Origin: Patescibacteria group bacterium
Lineage (GTDB): Bacteria > Patescibacteriota > Minisyncoccia > Phycocordibacterales > JAKAEA01
Assembly (NCBI GenBank): GCA_040387855.1
Contig: JAZKCY010000001.1
Coordinates: 104,396-168,395, forward strand
Length of the DNA stretch: 64,000 nt
Reading direction: 5' to 3'
Of this stretch, positions 28,207 through 37,833 are shown in pieces. The notes beneath the pieces were generated by a model that saw only the letters and a list, made by a program, of their open reading frames with translations, was not told the DNA's origin and did not search any database. Made by a program: the position numbers and the translations under genes. How positions within the stretch are numbered: the first letter of the stretch is position 1; every line of letters starts with the position of its first letter.

Positions 28207-28977
28207 ATGATTACTATTAAGTCTCAAAAAGAAATAGAAATTTTACGAGAGGGAGGTAAGCGCCTTGCCTCTATTCTTGCTGAAGTTGTAAAAGAAGTAA
28301 AGGCTGGTGTATCAACAGATTATTTAAATACTTTTGCTGAGAATCTTATTAAAAAAGGTGGAGATAAATCTGCATTTTTAAACTACAAACCAAAAGGTGC
28401 CGACCGACCATTTCCTGCAAGTTTGTGTGTGTCAGTAAATGACGAAGTTGTGCACGGTATTCCAAATGAAAAGCCTAAAGTTTTGGAGGAGGGGGATGTA
28501 GTGAGCCTTGATCTTGGCTTGATTCATAAAAAGATGTTTACCGATCATGCAGTAACGGTTGCTGTAGGTAAACCTTCAAAAGATGTACAAAAGCTAATTA
28601 CAATTACTAAGGAGGGCCTCATGATGGGCATCAAAGCCGCAAAACCGGGCAAGACGACAGGGGATATTGGTTTTGCTATTGAGTCACATGCCAACCCTCA
28701 CAAACTCGGTATCGTAGAAGAATTGGCCGGACACGGTGTTGGTTATTCTGTACATGAAGAACCATTTGTTCCAAATTATGGACGCCCTGGAGAAGGAGTG
28801 CTTTTGAAACCAGGCATGGTGTTGGCTATTGAACCTATGTTTACGTTGGGAACAGCAGATATTGATTTCGACGATGATGGATATACAGTGCGAACATCTG
28901 ATGGATCTATGGCAGCGCACTTTGAACATACTATTGTGATTACTGAAGATGGAGCTGAGATACTCACAACTTTGTAG
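28207..28977 (+). CDS. map: methionine aminopeptidase type I
   Basis: Pita-bread fold with conserved D/H/E metal ligands. Confidence 0.9.
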   Translation: MITIKSQKEIEILREGGKRLASILAEVVKEVKAGVSTDYLNTFAENLIKKGGDKSAFLNYKPKGADRPFPASLCVSVNDEVVHGIPNEKPKVLEEGDVVSLDLGLIHKKMFTDHAVTVAVGKPSKDVQKLITITKEGLMMGIKAAKPGKTTGDIGFAIESHANPHKLGIVEELAGHGVGYSVHEEPFVPNYGRPGEGVLLKPGMVLAIEPMFTLGTADIDFDDDGYTVRTSDGSMAAHFEHTIVITEDGAEILTTL

Positions 28978-29019
28978 TTTTTAAAATTTAAAAAAATGAA
29001 GCTGTGATATAATTTTCCT

Positions 29020-31797
29020 ATGGAAAATCCAAATCTACTTCAACCAGAACAAAAATTTTCTTCACCTGAAGAAGAGTTAGCATATTTAAGAAATCAGGTA
29101 GCTGTGCGAGAGAGGGAACTCATGGCACGAGGTGCAGAAGTTACACGTGATGAAGTTATTTCAGATAAAGTAAAAGATTACAGCTATGCTCCCACACAAG
29201 CTGTGTTACACGAGACCCACAAAGCACCCGATACTTATATAGAAGACTTAGCCCTCAATCTCGCTCCTGAGACTCATGATTATAAAATTATAGAACTTGT
29301 AAAAATCCTTAAAGAAAAGGGGATTAAAAATGCTATGGATGTGGTGGCTGAAATGAATGATCCGCACGTTGAGGATGATTTTCATAGATTCTTAGTACAG
29401 TATGTTAAAAAAGGTTTAGTAATAGATGGATTGAAGCCGAAATCTGAATTGTTTAGAGAGCTTAATATGACACTCTATGAAGTGTCTCTTCCTGACTCAA
29501 AAGATCAGGAAAATAAAAGCATTAAAGAGCTTGTTTCATCGATGGAGCAGTTTTACTCAGGTATGATGGCTATTGAAGACCGTGATGATTCAGGCAGATA
29601 TTTTTCTATTGAAATTGCCAACCCAAATCATAGTGAAGAATTTATTGTATATGTATCGGTGCCTGATACAAAAAAGAATTTGTTTGAAAAGCAAATCCTT
29701 TCACTGTTTCCATTGGCAAAGATCAAAGAAATTCCCGATGACTACAATATCTTTAATGAAGCAGGAGCAACGGTAGGATCAGTTGCAGAATTTGATTCGC
29801 ATGCTGCATTACCTATCAAAACATACGAAACATTTGATCATGATCCAATGAACGTAGTGTTGAATACGTTTTCTAAAATTAAAAAAGACGGCGAAGGTGC
29901 CGCAATTCAGTTTATAATTCGACCGCCTGTTGCAGATGAATATGTAAAGCAATACAAAATGACCCTTGAGCAAGTACAAAAGGGGACAAAGCTTAAGGAT
30001 GCACTTCCAAAATCTATAGCTAAAGAAGTGTTTGGCAGTTTTAAAGATGTGTTCTTCGGAAGTAAAAAAGATGAAGACAAAGATACATCAAAAACTGTTG
30101 ATGAAAATGCAGTAGAGCAATTAAAGAATAAAATTTCTAGTCCAATTGCTGAAGTGAATATTCGTATTATTGCATCAGCACCTACTATTTCTGACGCAGA
30201 TAAAATAATTTCGGACATTGAATCAAGTTTCCGTCAGGTGGAAAATACGCAAGGGAATAAACTTATCTTTAAGCGACAAAGTGGTAAAAAACTTATTGCA
30301 ATGGCAAAAGATTTTTCATACCGAGCTTTTACTTCAGACCATTTACTACCTATAAACTTTAAGGAACTTACAACACTTTTTCACTTTCCAGGATCAACTA
30401 TCAAATCATCTCCACAACTTAAGCAAAGTATGGCAGCATCAGCTCCTGCACCTATGGATATGCCTCAAGATGGAACATTACTTGGTGTAAATAGATTCCG
30501 AAATGTTGAGACTAAAGTATTCATGACTAAAGAAGATCGATTGCGACATATGTATGTGATCGGACAAACTGGAACTGGTAAATCAACTATCCTCAAGAAT
30601 ATGATTGCTCAAGATATTCTCCAGGGAGAGGGAGTATGTATGATTGACCCTCACGGCGTAGATATTTTGGATATTCTTTCTATTATTCCTCCAGAACGAT
30701 ATGAAGATATTATTTACTTTGATCCAAGTGATACAAAGCGACCAATGTCTCTCAACATGCTTGAGTATGATAGACGTTATCCAGAACAGAAGACATTCGT
30801 GGTCAACGAAATGATGTCTATTTTTAACAAGCTTTTCGATATGAAAACATCGGGAGGTCCAATGTTTGAACAGTACTTCCGAAATGCAACAATGCTTGTG
30901 ATTGAAGACCCAGATACTGGTTCTACTCTTTTGGACGTATCTCGTGTACTTGCCGATAAAGCATATCGACAGCTGAAAATTGCGCGATGTAAAAATCCTA
31001 TTGTTGTGCAATTCTGGAAAGAGATTGCCGAGAAGGCTGGAGGAGAAGCATCCCTTGGTAATATTGTGCCGTATATTACCTCTAAATTCGACGTATTCCT
31101 CTCAAACGACATCATGAGACCAATTGTGTCTCAGGAACAATCAAGCTTCAATTTTAGAGAGCTTATGGATACTAAGAAGATTCTCTTAGTGAACCTTGCC
31201 AAGGGACGACTTGGAGATATTAATGCCAATCTCATTGGTCTTATTATTGTGGGGAAAATCTTGATGGCCGCACTTTCACGAGCTGATTCACTTCATCTAA
31301 ATCCAGCTCCGTTTTATCTTTATATCGACGAGTTCCAAAACGTAACTACCGATTCTATTTCAACTATTCTTTCTGAAGCTCGAAAGTACAAGCTTTCACT
31401 CAATGTTGCTCACCAATTTATCGCCCAACTAGATGAAGGTATTCGAGACTCCGTGTTTGGAAACGTAGGAAATATGGCGGTATATCGAGTGGGTGCAGAT
31501 GATGCAGAATTTCTTGAAAAACAATTTGCTCCTGAATTTACTGCAAAAGATATTATGAATATTGAGAACTACCATGCATATCTCAAGATACTTGTTCGCG
31601 GAAAGCCGGTAAAACCTTTTGATATTAAGGCACAAGCATCTCCACAAGGTAAGAAAGATCATCTTGAAAAACTCAAAGAACTTTCAGGTTTGAAATATGG
31701 CCGTGATCGAGCAGATGTAGAGGCTGACATTATGCTTAAGTATAAAAAGCCAGATCCTGTGCCTCCAGTTGCACCAGCAGCAGCAACAAAGTTATAA
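29020..31797 (+). CDS. VirB4/TraG-superfamily (FtsK/HerA-like, AAA_10/DUF87) type-IV-secretion-type ATPase with a large soluble N-terminal domain and no TM segments
   Basis: 925 aa with Walker A VIGQTGTGKST, Walker B-like LYIDEFQNV, and the ARKYKLSLNVAHQ (RK...[AS]xQ) motif typical of VirB4/TraC/T4CP ATPases. Confidence 0.55.
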   Translation: MENPNLLQPEQKFSSPEEELAYLRNQVAVRERELMARGAEVTRDEVISDKVKDYSYAPTQAVLHETHKAPDTYIEDLALNLAPETHDYKIIELVKILKEKGIKNAMDVVAEMNDPHVEDDFHRFLVQYVKKGLVIDGLKPKSELFRELNMTLYEVSLPDSKDQENKSIKELVSSMEQFYSGMMAIEDRDDSGRYFSIEIANPNHSEEFIVYVSVPDTKKNLFEKQILSLFPLAKIKEIPDDYNIFNEAGATVGSVAEFDSHAALPIKTYETFDHDPMNVVLNTFSKIKKDGEGAAIQFIIRPPVADEYVKQYKMTLEQVQKGTKLKDALPKSIAKEVFGSFKDVFFGSKKDEDKDTSKTVDENAVEQLKNKISSPIAEVNIRIIASAPTISDADKIISDIESSFRQVENTQGNKLIFKRQSGKKLIAMAKDFSYRAFTSDHLLPINFKELTTLFHFPGSTIKSSPQLKQSMAASAPAPMDMPQDGTLLGVNRFRNVETKVFMTKEDRLRHMYVIGQTGTGKSTILKNMIAQDILQGEGVCMIDPHGVDILDILSIIPPERYEDIIYFDPSDTKRPMSLNMLEYDRRYPEQKTFVVNEMMSIFNKLFDMKTSGGPMFEQYFRNATMLVIEDPDTGSTLLDVSRVLADKAYRQLKIARCKNPIVVQFWKEIAEKAGGEASLGNIVPYITSKFDVFLSNDIMRPIVSQEQSSFNFRELMDTKKILLVNLAKGRLGDINANLIGLIIVGKILMAALSRADSLHLNPAPFYLYIDEFQNVTTDSISTILSEARKYKLSLNVAHQFIAQLDEGIRDSVFGNVGNMAVYRVGADDAEFLEKQFAPEFTAKDIMNIENYHAYLKILVRGKPVKPFDIKAQASPQGKKDHLEKLKELSGLKYGRDRADVEADIMLKYKKPDPVPPVAPAAATKL

Positions 31798-31804
31798 TCG
31801 GTAC

Positions 31805-32410
31805 ATGTCACATCCAAAATACGAACGAACACTTGTGGTTATTAAACCAGATGGTATCCAGCGATCATTGATAGGGGAGATTATTAAGCGATACGAACAA
31901 ATTGGACTTAAATTAGTAGCCATGAAAATGATGATGGCTACGCCTGAGCATATTGAAGCTCATTATACCCTTGATCCAGAATGGCGACGTATTACTGGAG
32001 AGAAAACAATTAAAGGCTATAAAGATAAAGGTCTCACTCCACCAACTGAAGATCCATTGGAAGTGACCGGTGCACTTTTGGGAAAGCTTAAGACTTATAT
32101 GACAGCAGGGCCACTTGTAGCCATGGTGTGGCAAGGCGCTCATGCGGTAAAAATAGTGAGAAAGATAACCGGTGGGACTGAACCACTAACCTCAGATGTA
32201 GGAACAATTCGAGGGGATTATGTGTTGGATTCATATCAAATGACTGATGCTGATGGCCGATCTATTAGAAATTTAATTCATGCATCAGGAACTCCAAAAG
32301 AAGCAGAAGAAGAAATCAAACACTGGTTTAATCCTGATGAAATCATGGATTATAAGCTTGTACAGGAACAAATTTTGTACGACATAAAGATGGGTGGAGT
32401 TTTAGAATAG
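31805..32410 (+). CDS. ndk: nucleoside diphosphate kinase (long form with insertion)
   Basis: TLVVIKPDG and the NxxHxSD region. Start placed at the internal ATG. Confidence 0.8.
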   Translation: MSHPKYERTLVVIKPDGIQRSLIGEIIKRYEQIGLKLVAMKMMMATPEHIEAHYTLDPEWRRITGEKTIKGYKDKGLTPPTEDPLEVTGALLGKLKTYMTAGPLVAMVWQGAHAVKIVRKITGGTEPLTSDVGTIRGDYVLDSYQMTDADGRSIRNLIHASGTPKEAEEEIKHWFNPDEIMDYKLVQEQILYDIKMGGVLE

Positions 32411-32469
32411 AAACATATTTAATTCTTGTTGGTAAGTATTCAAGAAATTTTAAAAACTTATAATGAGTA

Positions 32470-32665
32470 CAGGTCGCTCGGGATATTCATTCTTATTAAG
32501 TATTCTTTAGGGAGCCTAACATCGCTGCAATCTGGTGCGCCCTCGTCGCAAGACGTTGGTACCGAAGAATGTTAGCTGCAGGCACCCACTTAGCTTACCG
32601 CTAGGGTGAATACTCCCGGCGGCCTACTAAACATCTCATCCTTAGCTTTGCTCAGGATGGGATTT
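32470..32665 (+). ncRNA. candidate structured small RNA of unknown family (GC-rich island in AT-rich spacer)
   Basis: A TATAAT box at 32457-32462 lies about 7 nt upstream. A long closing helix pairs AGGTCGCTCGGGATATTC (32471-32488) with GAATACTCCCGGCGGCCT (32608-32625). A central CGTC-GCAA-GACG GNRA hairpin sits at 32546-32557. A 3' hairpin CATCC...GGATG is followed by TTTTT at about 32660. Confidence 0.35.
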
Positions 32666-32688
32666 TTAGTTTCTGGTATAATAATCCT

Positions 32689-33102
32689 ATGCAGCGATTG
32701 AATACTCTCATATTTCTGTTGATAGTCGTAGCAATTATTGCAACGCTGCATTTGGCTGGATTTGAGTTTCAGTTTTACTGGAGATTATATTGGTATGATC
32801 GTATTGTGCATACACTTTCAGGCTTTTGGGTAACATTTGTAACTCTTCAGTTTACTAAAAAGTATACCCAAGCTGATACCTTTAAGATTGCGAGTGTAGG
32901 ATTGGCTGCTATTCTTATTATTGGTATTTTGTGGGAGTTTTTTGAATATGGAATTGGAGCAACCTCATTGAGCGATCTTCATTTTGTAAGTAATAGTATT
33001 GGAGATCTTATTTGTGATATTGCTGGTGGAATTATTGCCATTGTAATGAGTATTATTATTTTTCGCAGAGAACAATTATGGAACAACAAAAAGCTTTCTT
33101 AA
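32689..33102 (+). CDS. VanZ-like family membrane protein
   Basis: 137 aa, 4 TM, VanZ-like motif pattern. Confidence 0.5.
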   Translation: MQRLNTLIFLLIVVAIIATLHLAGFEFQFYWRLYWYDRIVHTLSGFWVTFVTLQFTKKYTQADTFKIASVGLAAILIIGILWEFFEYGIGATSLSDLHFVSNSIGDLICDIAGGIIAIVMSIIIFRREQLWNNKKLS

Positions 33103-34469
33103 CGTTTGCCAGTGGAGTAGGCACCGTTACAGGAGCTAATTTTTTATTAGAGATAGAGACATCCACAGGAATAAAACGAATTGCTGTTGATTGTGGTCTT
33201 GAGCAGGGGAGTGAATTGGCAGATGCTCGAAATCGTGATCCATTTGCCTACGATCCAGCAACAGTAGATATCCTACTTATTACGCATGGCCATATTGATC
33301 ATATTGGAAGAATTCCAAAGTTTGTTAAAGATGGCTTTAAAGGAGTTATCTATTCTACTCCTGCAACAAAAGATATTACATCAGTGATGCTTCCTGATGC
33401 GATGCGCCTCATGATGGAAAGTTCTCAGCGACATGGCGTTCTTCCGATGTATGAGCAAAAAGATTTAGAACAAGCAATGCGTCTTTGGAAAACAATTCCA
33501 TATTACACAAACTTTGCACTTACTCCTGAAATAAATGTGTATCTTAAAGATTCAGGCCATATATTGGGTGCTGCGATGTTTGAGATTTCGCGAAAGGGAA
33601 GCGCTAAAAAAATAGTATTTACGGGAGATTTAGGAAATTCACCATCGCTCTTTTTGCGAGATACTGATCCAGTAACAGATGCTACGTATATGGTCATGGA
33701 ATCTGTATATGGAGATCGCAATCATGAACCTAAAGAAGAGCGTAGAAATAAGTTTGCTGATATTATCCGAGATGTCATCCACCGCAAGCGCACTCTTATT
33801 ATTCCAGCATTTTCGCTTGAGCGAACCCAAGATATTCTCTATGAACTTAATCACCTTATAGAACGCGAAAATATTGGAGATATAAAAGTATTTATTGATT
33901 CACCATTGGCTGCAAAGATTACGGGGATTTATAAGCTCTATAAAGATGATTTCAAAGATTCTGCTAAAAAGTATATTGCAGAAGGAGATGATTTGTTTGA
34001 TTTCCCAAAACTTAAATTCACCTTACAAAAGCATGAATCAGAACGGTTAGATCATATTGCTGGGCCAAAGATTATTATTGCTGGTTCTGGAATGAGTAAT
34101 GGAGGTCGTGTAGTGGGCCATGAACTTCACTATTTACCTGAGCATGACACAACACTGCTTTTGGTAGGGTATCAATCTGCAGGTACTTTGGGCCGACAAA
34201 TTCATGATGGGGCGCGGCAAGTAACCATTGATGAACAGACTATTCGCATTAATGCTGAAGTAAAAAGCATTATGGGCTATTCATCTCATAAAGATTCTGA
34301 TCACTTAATAGAGTTTGTAGAAAAAACTGCTGGGACAGTAAAGCAAGTATTTGTTGCTATGGGTGAACCAAAGTCAGCGCTGTTTTTAGTGCAGCGGTTA
34401 AGAGATTACTTAAATGTAAATGCAAAGTTCCCACGACAAGGGGAGAAGGTGGAACTTGATCTAAATTAA
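33078..34469 (+). CDS. MBL-fold beta-CASP ribonuclease (RNase J / CPSF-like)
   Basis: ITHGHIDHIG in the MBL domain, followed by beta-CASP and RMMBL regions. 463 aa. Confidence 0.7.
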   Translation: MEQQKAFLTFASGVGTVTGANFLLEIETSTGIKRIAVDCGLEQGSELADARNRDPFAYDPATVDILLITHGHIDHIGRIPKFVKDGFKGVIYSTPATKDITSVMLPDAMRLMMESSQRHGVLPMYEQKDLEQAMRLWKTIPYYTNFALTPEINVYLKDSGHILGAAMFEISRKGSAKKIVFTGDLGNSPSLFLRDTDPVTDATYMVMESVYGDRNHEPKEERRNKFADIIRDVIHRKRTLIIPAFSLERTQDILYELNHLIERENIGDIKVFIDSPLAAKITGIYKLYKDDFKDSAKKYIAEGDDLFDFPKLKFTLQKHESERLDHIAGPKIIIAGSGMSNGGRVVGHELHYLPEHDTTLLLVGYQSAGTLGRQIHDGARQVTIDEQTIRINAEVKSIMGYSSHKDSDHLIEFVEKTAGTVKQVFVAMGEPKSALFLVQRLRDYLNVNAKFPRQGEKVELDLN

Positions 34470-34519
34470 TAGGAGCATATAATTACCTCATCGGTTTTAA
34501 TCACTATAATTAGATATAT

Positions 34520-34957
34520 ATGGGAGCAGAATCAATGCCTTTAGGATCAAGTAAAGTTGAAATATCTCAGTATGATATGGATCATGCTCGAGAGAGAGTT
34601 ATTGCGCTAATGTCTAATGGACCTATGTCTGGAGAACATTATGAAACAGAACCAGACGGGCTACCAATAGAAGCTCCAGTGATTAATGGTCCAAAGCATA
34701 AGGAAAGAATTGGAAAGATGCTTAATGAAGGTGAACCATTAACCTATGATTATACTGTAAGTGATGTGAGTACATTCCACCCGGGAGTTACTGCTGCAGC
34801 TGGAAAAGTACATATTGAAGTGAAGAGAGATGAATCAGGAACTGGACTTGAATATAAGTTCAGTTTAATTTCGAATGATCCAAAGACAGGTGAATTATTC
34901 ACTATTGAAAATAATCTTAGTTTTGTAGACGCAGGAATTATTCCAGAAAATTACTAA
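34520..34957 (+). CDS. hypothetical protein
   Basis: 145 aa ORF with no recognised family. Confidence 0.4.
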   Translation: MGAESMPLGSSKVEISQYDMDHARERVIALMSNGPMSGEHYETEPDGLPIEAPVINGPKHKERIGKMLNEGEPLTYDYTVSDVSTFHPGVTAAAGKVHIEVKRDESGTGLEYKFSLISNDPKTGELFTIENNLSFVDAGIIPENY

Positions 34958-35028
34958 GACTTTCTGAAAATACAGCTAAACAAAAACACTCTGATTTCTC
35001 AGGGTGTTTTTGTTTAAGAGGGAAGATA

Positions 35029-35370
35029 TTACTTAGCCTTAGCTACGATTCTCTGGAATGTTTCTGGATGATCAGCTGCGATCTGTGAGAGAACCTTTCG
35101 ATCTAGATTGATGTTAAGTTTCTTTAGAGCTCCCATGAACTTACTAAATGAACCTGCTTCACCAAGACCTGCATTGATTCGAACATTAAAGAGTCGTCGT
35201 GCGTCACCCTTCTTGTCTCGTCGGTGAGCAAATGCATAAGCTCCAGCATGTGAAATAGCTTCATATGCCTGCTTTTCTTTGGTTCCTCGTCCAAAGCGGT
35301 AGCCTTTTACCTGCTTTAATATATTTCGTCGTGTTTTAAGCGCATTAACGCCTTTCTTTACTCGTGACAT
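35029..35370 (-). CDS. rplT: 50S ribosomal protein L20
   Basis: L20 family protein in the rplT-rpmI-infC arrangement. Confidence 0.9.
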   Translation of the reverse strand: MSRVKKGVNALKTRRNILKQVKGYRFGRGTKEKQAYEAISHAGAYAFAHRRDKKGDARRLFNVRINAGLGEAGSFSKFMGALKKLNINLDRKVLSQIAADHPETFQRIVAKAK

Positions 35371-35381
35371 GGTGGTGGATG

Positions 35382-35570
35382 TTAGTTACTGGTTGCAAGG
35401 AAACGAGACATAGCCTTATTCTTCATAACCATAGACATGGTTCGTCGCTTGTGCATTTGTGATCGTCGGCCTTCTTTTGCGTTAAAGTGGTTTTGACCGG
35501 CTTTTCGCATAACGAGTATACCGTTTTTGGTCACTTTTATTCGCTTTGTAAATGATTTGTTGGTCTTCAT
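35382..35570 (-). CDS. rpmI: 50S ribosomal protein L35
   Basis: 62 aa L35 family. Confidence 0.85.
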   Translation of the reverse strand: MKTNKSFTKRIKVTKNGILVMRKAGQNHFNAKEGRRSQMHKRRTMSMVMKNKAMSRFLATSN

Positions 35571-35644
35571 GGAATTGTTCTAACGTGACTAGTATACTCG
35601 CATAAAAGGCTTATTTAGTCAATATATAGGAGTATAGGGCTCTT

Positions 35645-36157
35645 TTACTTCTTTTCAATAACTACGGTTAGGCCTTTTGGGCTCTTTTTAGGAGAATCGG
35701 CAATCTTATATTCTTCAGTAATAAGATGGAGAACCCGTTCCATTCGCTCTTTGAGGAAGTTGAATTCCATAAACTTAGATCGTCCAGTAAGGAAGAGGTC
35801 GATCTTAATTCGATGGCCTTCTCGTAGCCATTCTGAGGCCTTTTTAGCCTTAAGATCAAGATCATGTTCACCAGTTCCTACCTTAACTTGAATATTTTTA
35901 GTCTCGGTAGTTTTAGACTTTGCTTTAGCTGCCTTCTGCTTTTTGTTTTCAGCATACTGGAACTTACCGTAGTCCATGATCTTTGCAATAGGAGGCTTTG
36001 CATTGGGGCTAATTTCAATAAGATCAAGTCCCGCTGAATTTGCCCGTTCCAATGCTTCTCGTGTTGAGATAACACCAAGATTCTCTCCCTGCTCACCAAT
36101 AACCCGGAGTTCCGGGGATTGAATTTGGTGATTGATTCGTGTTCGTTGCGTACTCAG
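35645..36157 (-). CDS. infC: translation initiation factor IF-3, apparently with a non-AUG start (in-frame CTG or similar about 105 nt upstream of the listed TTG)
   Basis: Upstream in-frame sequence with no stop encodes RINHQIQSPELRVIGEQGENLGVIST, which is the conserved IF-3 N-terminal domain. A TAA stop lies at 36173-36175. Confidence 0.7.
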   Translation of the reverse strand: MSTQRTRINHQIQSPELRVIGEQGENLGVISTREALERANSAGLDLIEISPNAKPPIAKIMDYGKFQYAENKKQKAAKAKSKTTETKNIQVKVGTGEHDLDLKAKKASEWLREGHRIKIDLFLTGRSKFMEFNFLKERMERVLHLITEEYKIADSPKKSPKGLTVVIEKK

Positions 36158-36249
36158 ATGGGTAAGTGTTAATTAATAACGTTGGCATACTATAGCACAA
36201 TTTATTTTGAGTGGCAATGAAGGAATGCTCTGTGATATACTCATGAGTA

Positions 36250-37392
36250 ATGGAATCAGGGGAACAAAAAAAGCCTCGTAGTGAACTTAAACCATATTTT
36301 CACCGTGTGTCTTTTATAGAATCGATTGGAGTAAAGATCTTTTTTATGCTCCTGTGTTTCTCACTTGTTGTTGTAATTATTGTTATTGGATATTTCTCAG
36401 GTTTTTTTGAATCAGAAAAGAATCAGCTCCTTCAGGAGGTACTAAAGTTTCTTAATATAGAACTTGTACCTGTATTGCCTGTAATCATAATTCTTTCTGC
36501 GCTCATGGCGTTTTTCTTATCTCGCTATGTTACAAAGCCAATTCGAGATGCAATGCAGGCACTGACTTCAGTATCAGAAGGGCAGACTCACGTGGATATA
36601 GCATCTACAAGACAAGATGAATTAGGAAATCTCATTCTTATTTTGAATGCGACGCTTCGAAAACTCCGTGAAGCGCAACAGCATGCCGAAGATGTGTCTG
36701 ATATGAAATCAAATTTTGTGACGGTAGCTGCCCACCAGCTTCGTACTCCTTCTACAGGTGTAAAATGGGCACTCGATATTCTTGCTCAGGATCAGAATAT
36801 GAGCACTGACTCACGAAATCTGATTGATCAAAGTAAAGTTGCCGTAAATCAAATTGTTACGATTGTTAATGACCTTCTCAATTCTGCCAAAGAGGATAAT
36901 CCAATTGATGGCTATTCGTTTAAGCCAATAAATATTATTGAACTTATCAATGCCTCGATTGCAGGAGAAACGTTGCGAGCGCGAGAGAAGAATGTCCAGA
37001 TTGCTTTTCATAATACAACATACGAACAAGAGATCATGCTCAATCTTGATAAATCAAAGATTGGTATGGCTCTTACAAACCTTTTTGATAATGCCGTAAG
37101 ATATAATCGGCCTAATGGTTTCGTTGAAATTACACTTACAAAAGATACTGATACTGTTGATATTTCTATAAAAGATAATGGAATTGGTATCCCACCAAAT
37201 GAACAGGGGAGAATATTCTCACAGTTTTATCGGGCGGCCAATGCAGTTTCAGCAGAACCAAACGGTAGTGGTATTGGTCTGTTTATGACAAAAAATGCTG
37301 TTGAACAGCATCAAGGAAAAATTTGGTTTGAAACTGAAGAAGGTGTAGGTACAGTCTTCCACATTGTGTTACCCCTTCCTGCAAAGGCTTAA
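36250..37392 (+). CDS. sensor histidine kinase (TM, HAMP-like, HisKA, HATPase_c)
   Basis: H-box AAHQLRTP, N-box NLFDNAVRYN, and G-boxes DNGIGIP / GSGIGL. Confidence 0.85.
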   Translation: MESGEQKKPRSELKPYFHRVSFIESIGVKIFFMLLCFSLVVVIIVIGYFSGFFESEKNQLLQEVLKFLNIELVPVLPVIIILSALMAFFLSRYVTKPIRDAMQALTSVSEGQTHVDIASTRQDELGNLILILNATLRKLREAQQHAEDVSDMKSNFVTVAAHQLRTPSTGVKWALDILAQDQNMSTDSRNLIDQSKVAVNQIVTIVNDLLNSAKEDNPIDGYSFKPINIIELINASIAGETLRAREKNVQIAFHNTTYEQEIMLNLDKSKIGMALTNLFDNAVRYNRPNGFVEITLTKDTDTVDISIKDNGIGIPPNEQGRIFSQFYRAANAVSAEPNGSGIGLFMTKNAVEQHQGKIWFETEEGVGTVFHIVLPLPAKA

Positions 37393-37760
37393 GCTACTGC
37401 TGAAATAATCTCTTCAGGAGTTACGTTCGCTTTAACAAAAAATTTAGAAGCTCCAAGAGCTATCGCTTTATCAATATCGCTTTGTTGGCCTAAATTTGAA
37501 ACCATAATTACATTTATGGTTTTGGTCTTTGCATTTGTCTTGAGCTTTTCTAGAATTTCATAGCCATTCATTCCAGGAAGGAGGATATCAAGGAGAATTA
37601 CTTCAGGCATTTCTCGTTCTGCAATAGCTAATGCTTCGGTTCCTTCTTTAGCTGAAAAGAGTTTATAACCTTTAGCTGCAAGTCGCTGTGCAAGAAGTGA
37701 TTGTAAAAATGGATCATCCTCTACGAGAAGCACTTTTTTTAATGAATTTGCAGTTTCCAT
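37389..37760 (-). CDS. single-domain response regulator (CheY-like receiver)
   Basis: KKVLLVEDD...D...K receiver motifs. Start placed at the internal ATG (METANS). Confidence 0.75.
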   Translation of the reverse strand: METANSLKKVLLVEDDPFLQSLLAQRLAAKGYKLFSAKEGTEALAIAEREMPEVILLDILLPGMNGYEILEKLKTNAKTKTINVIMVSNLGQQSDIDKAIALGASKFFVKANVTPEEIISAVA

Positions 37761-37833
37761 GGGTAAATATATTAGTAGTAATATTGTAGCATGCTCTGTA
37801 AGAACAGCAATTCTCATTCGTTATAGAAGAGAT

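Noticed and set aside
32470-32665. Assigning the GC-rich structured RNA to SRP RNA, RNase P RNA, T-box or 6S
   Set aside because: It lacks the SRP domain IV GGAA/AGCAGC motifs and the RNase P P4 consensus (and is too short for RNase P). It shows only a partial TAGGGTG match to the T-box sequence, and the downstream gene is an implausible T-box target. I cannot verify a 6S-like bubble by eye, so the family is left open.
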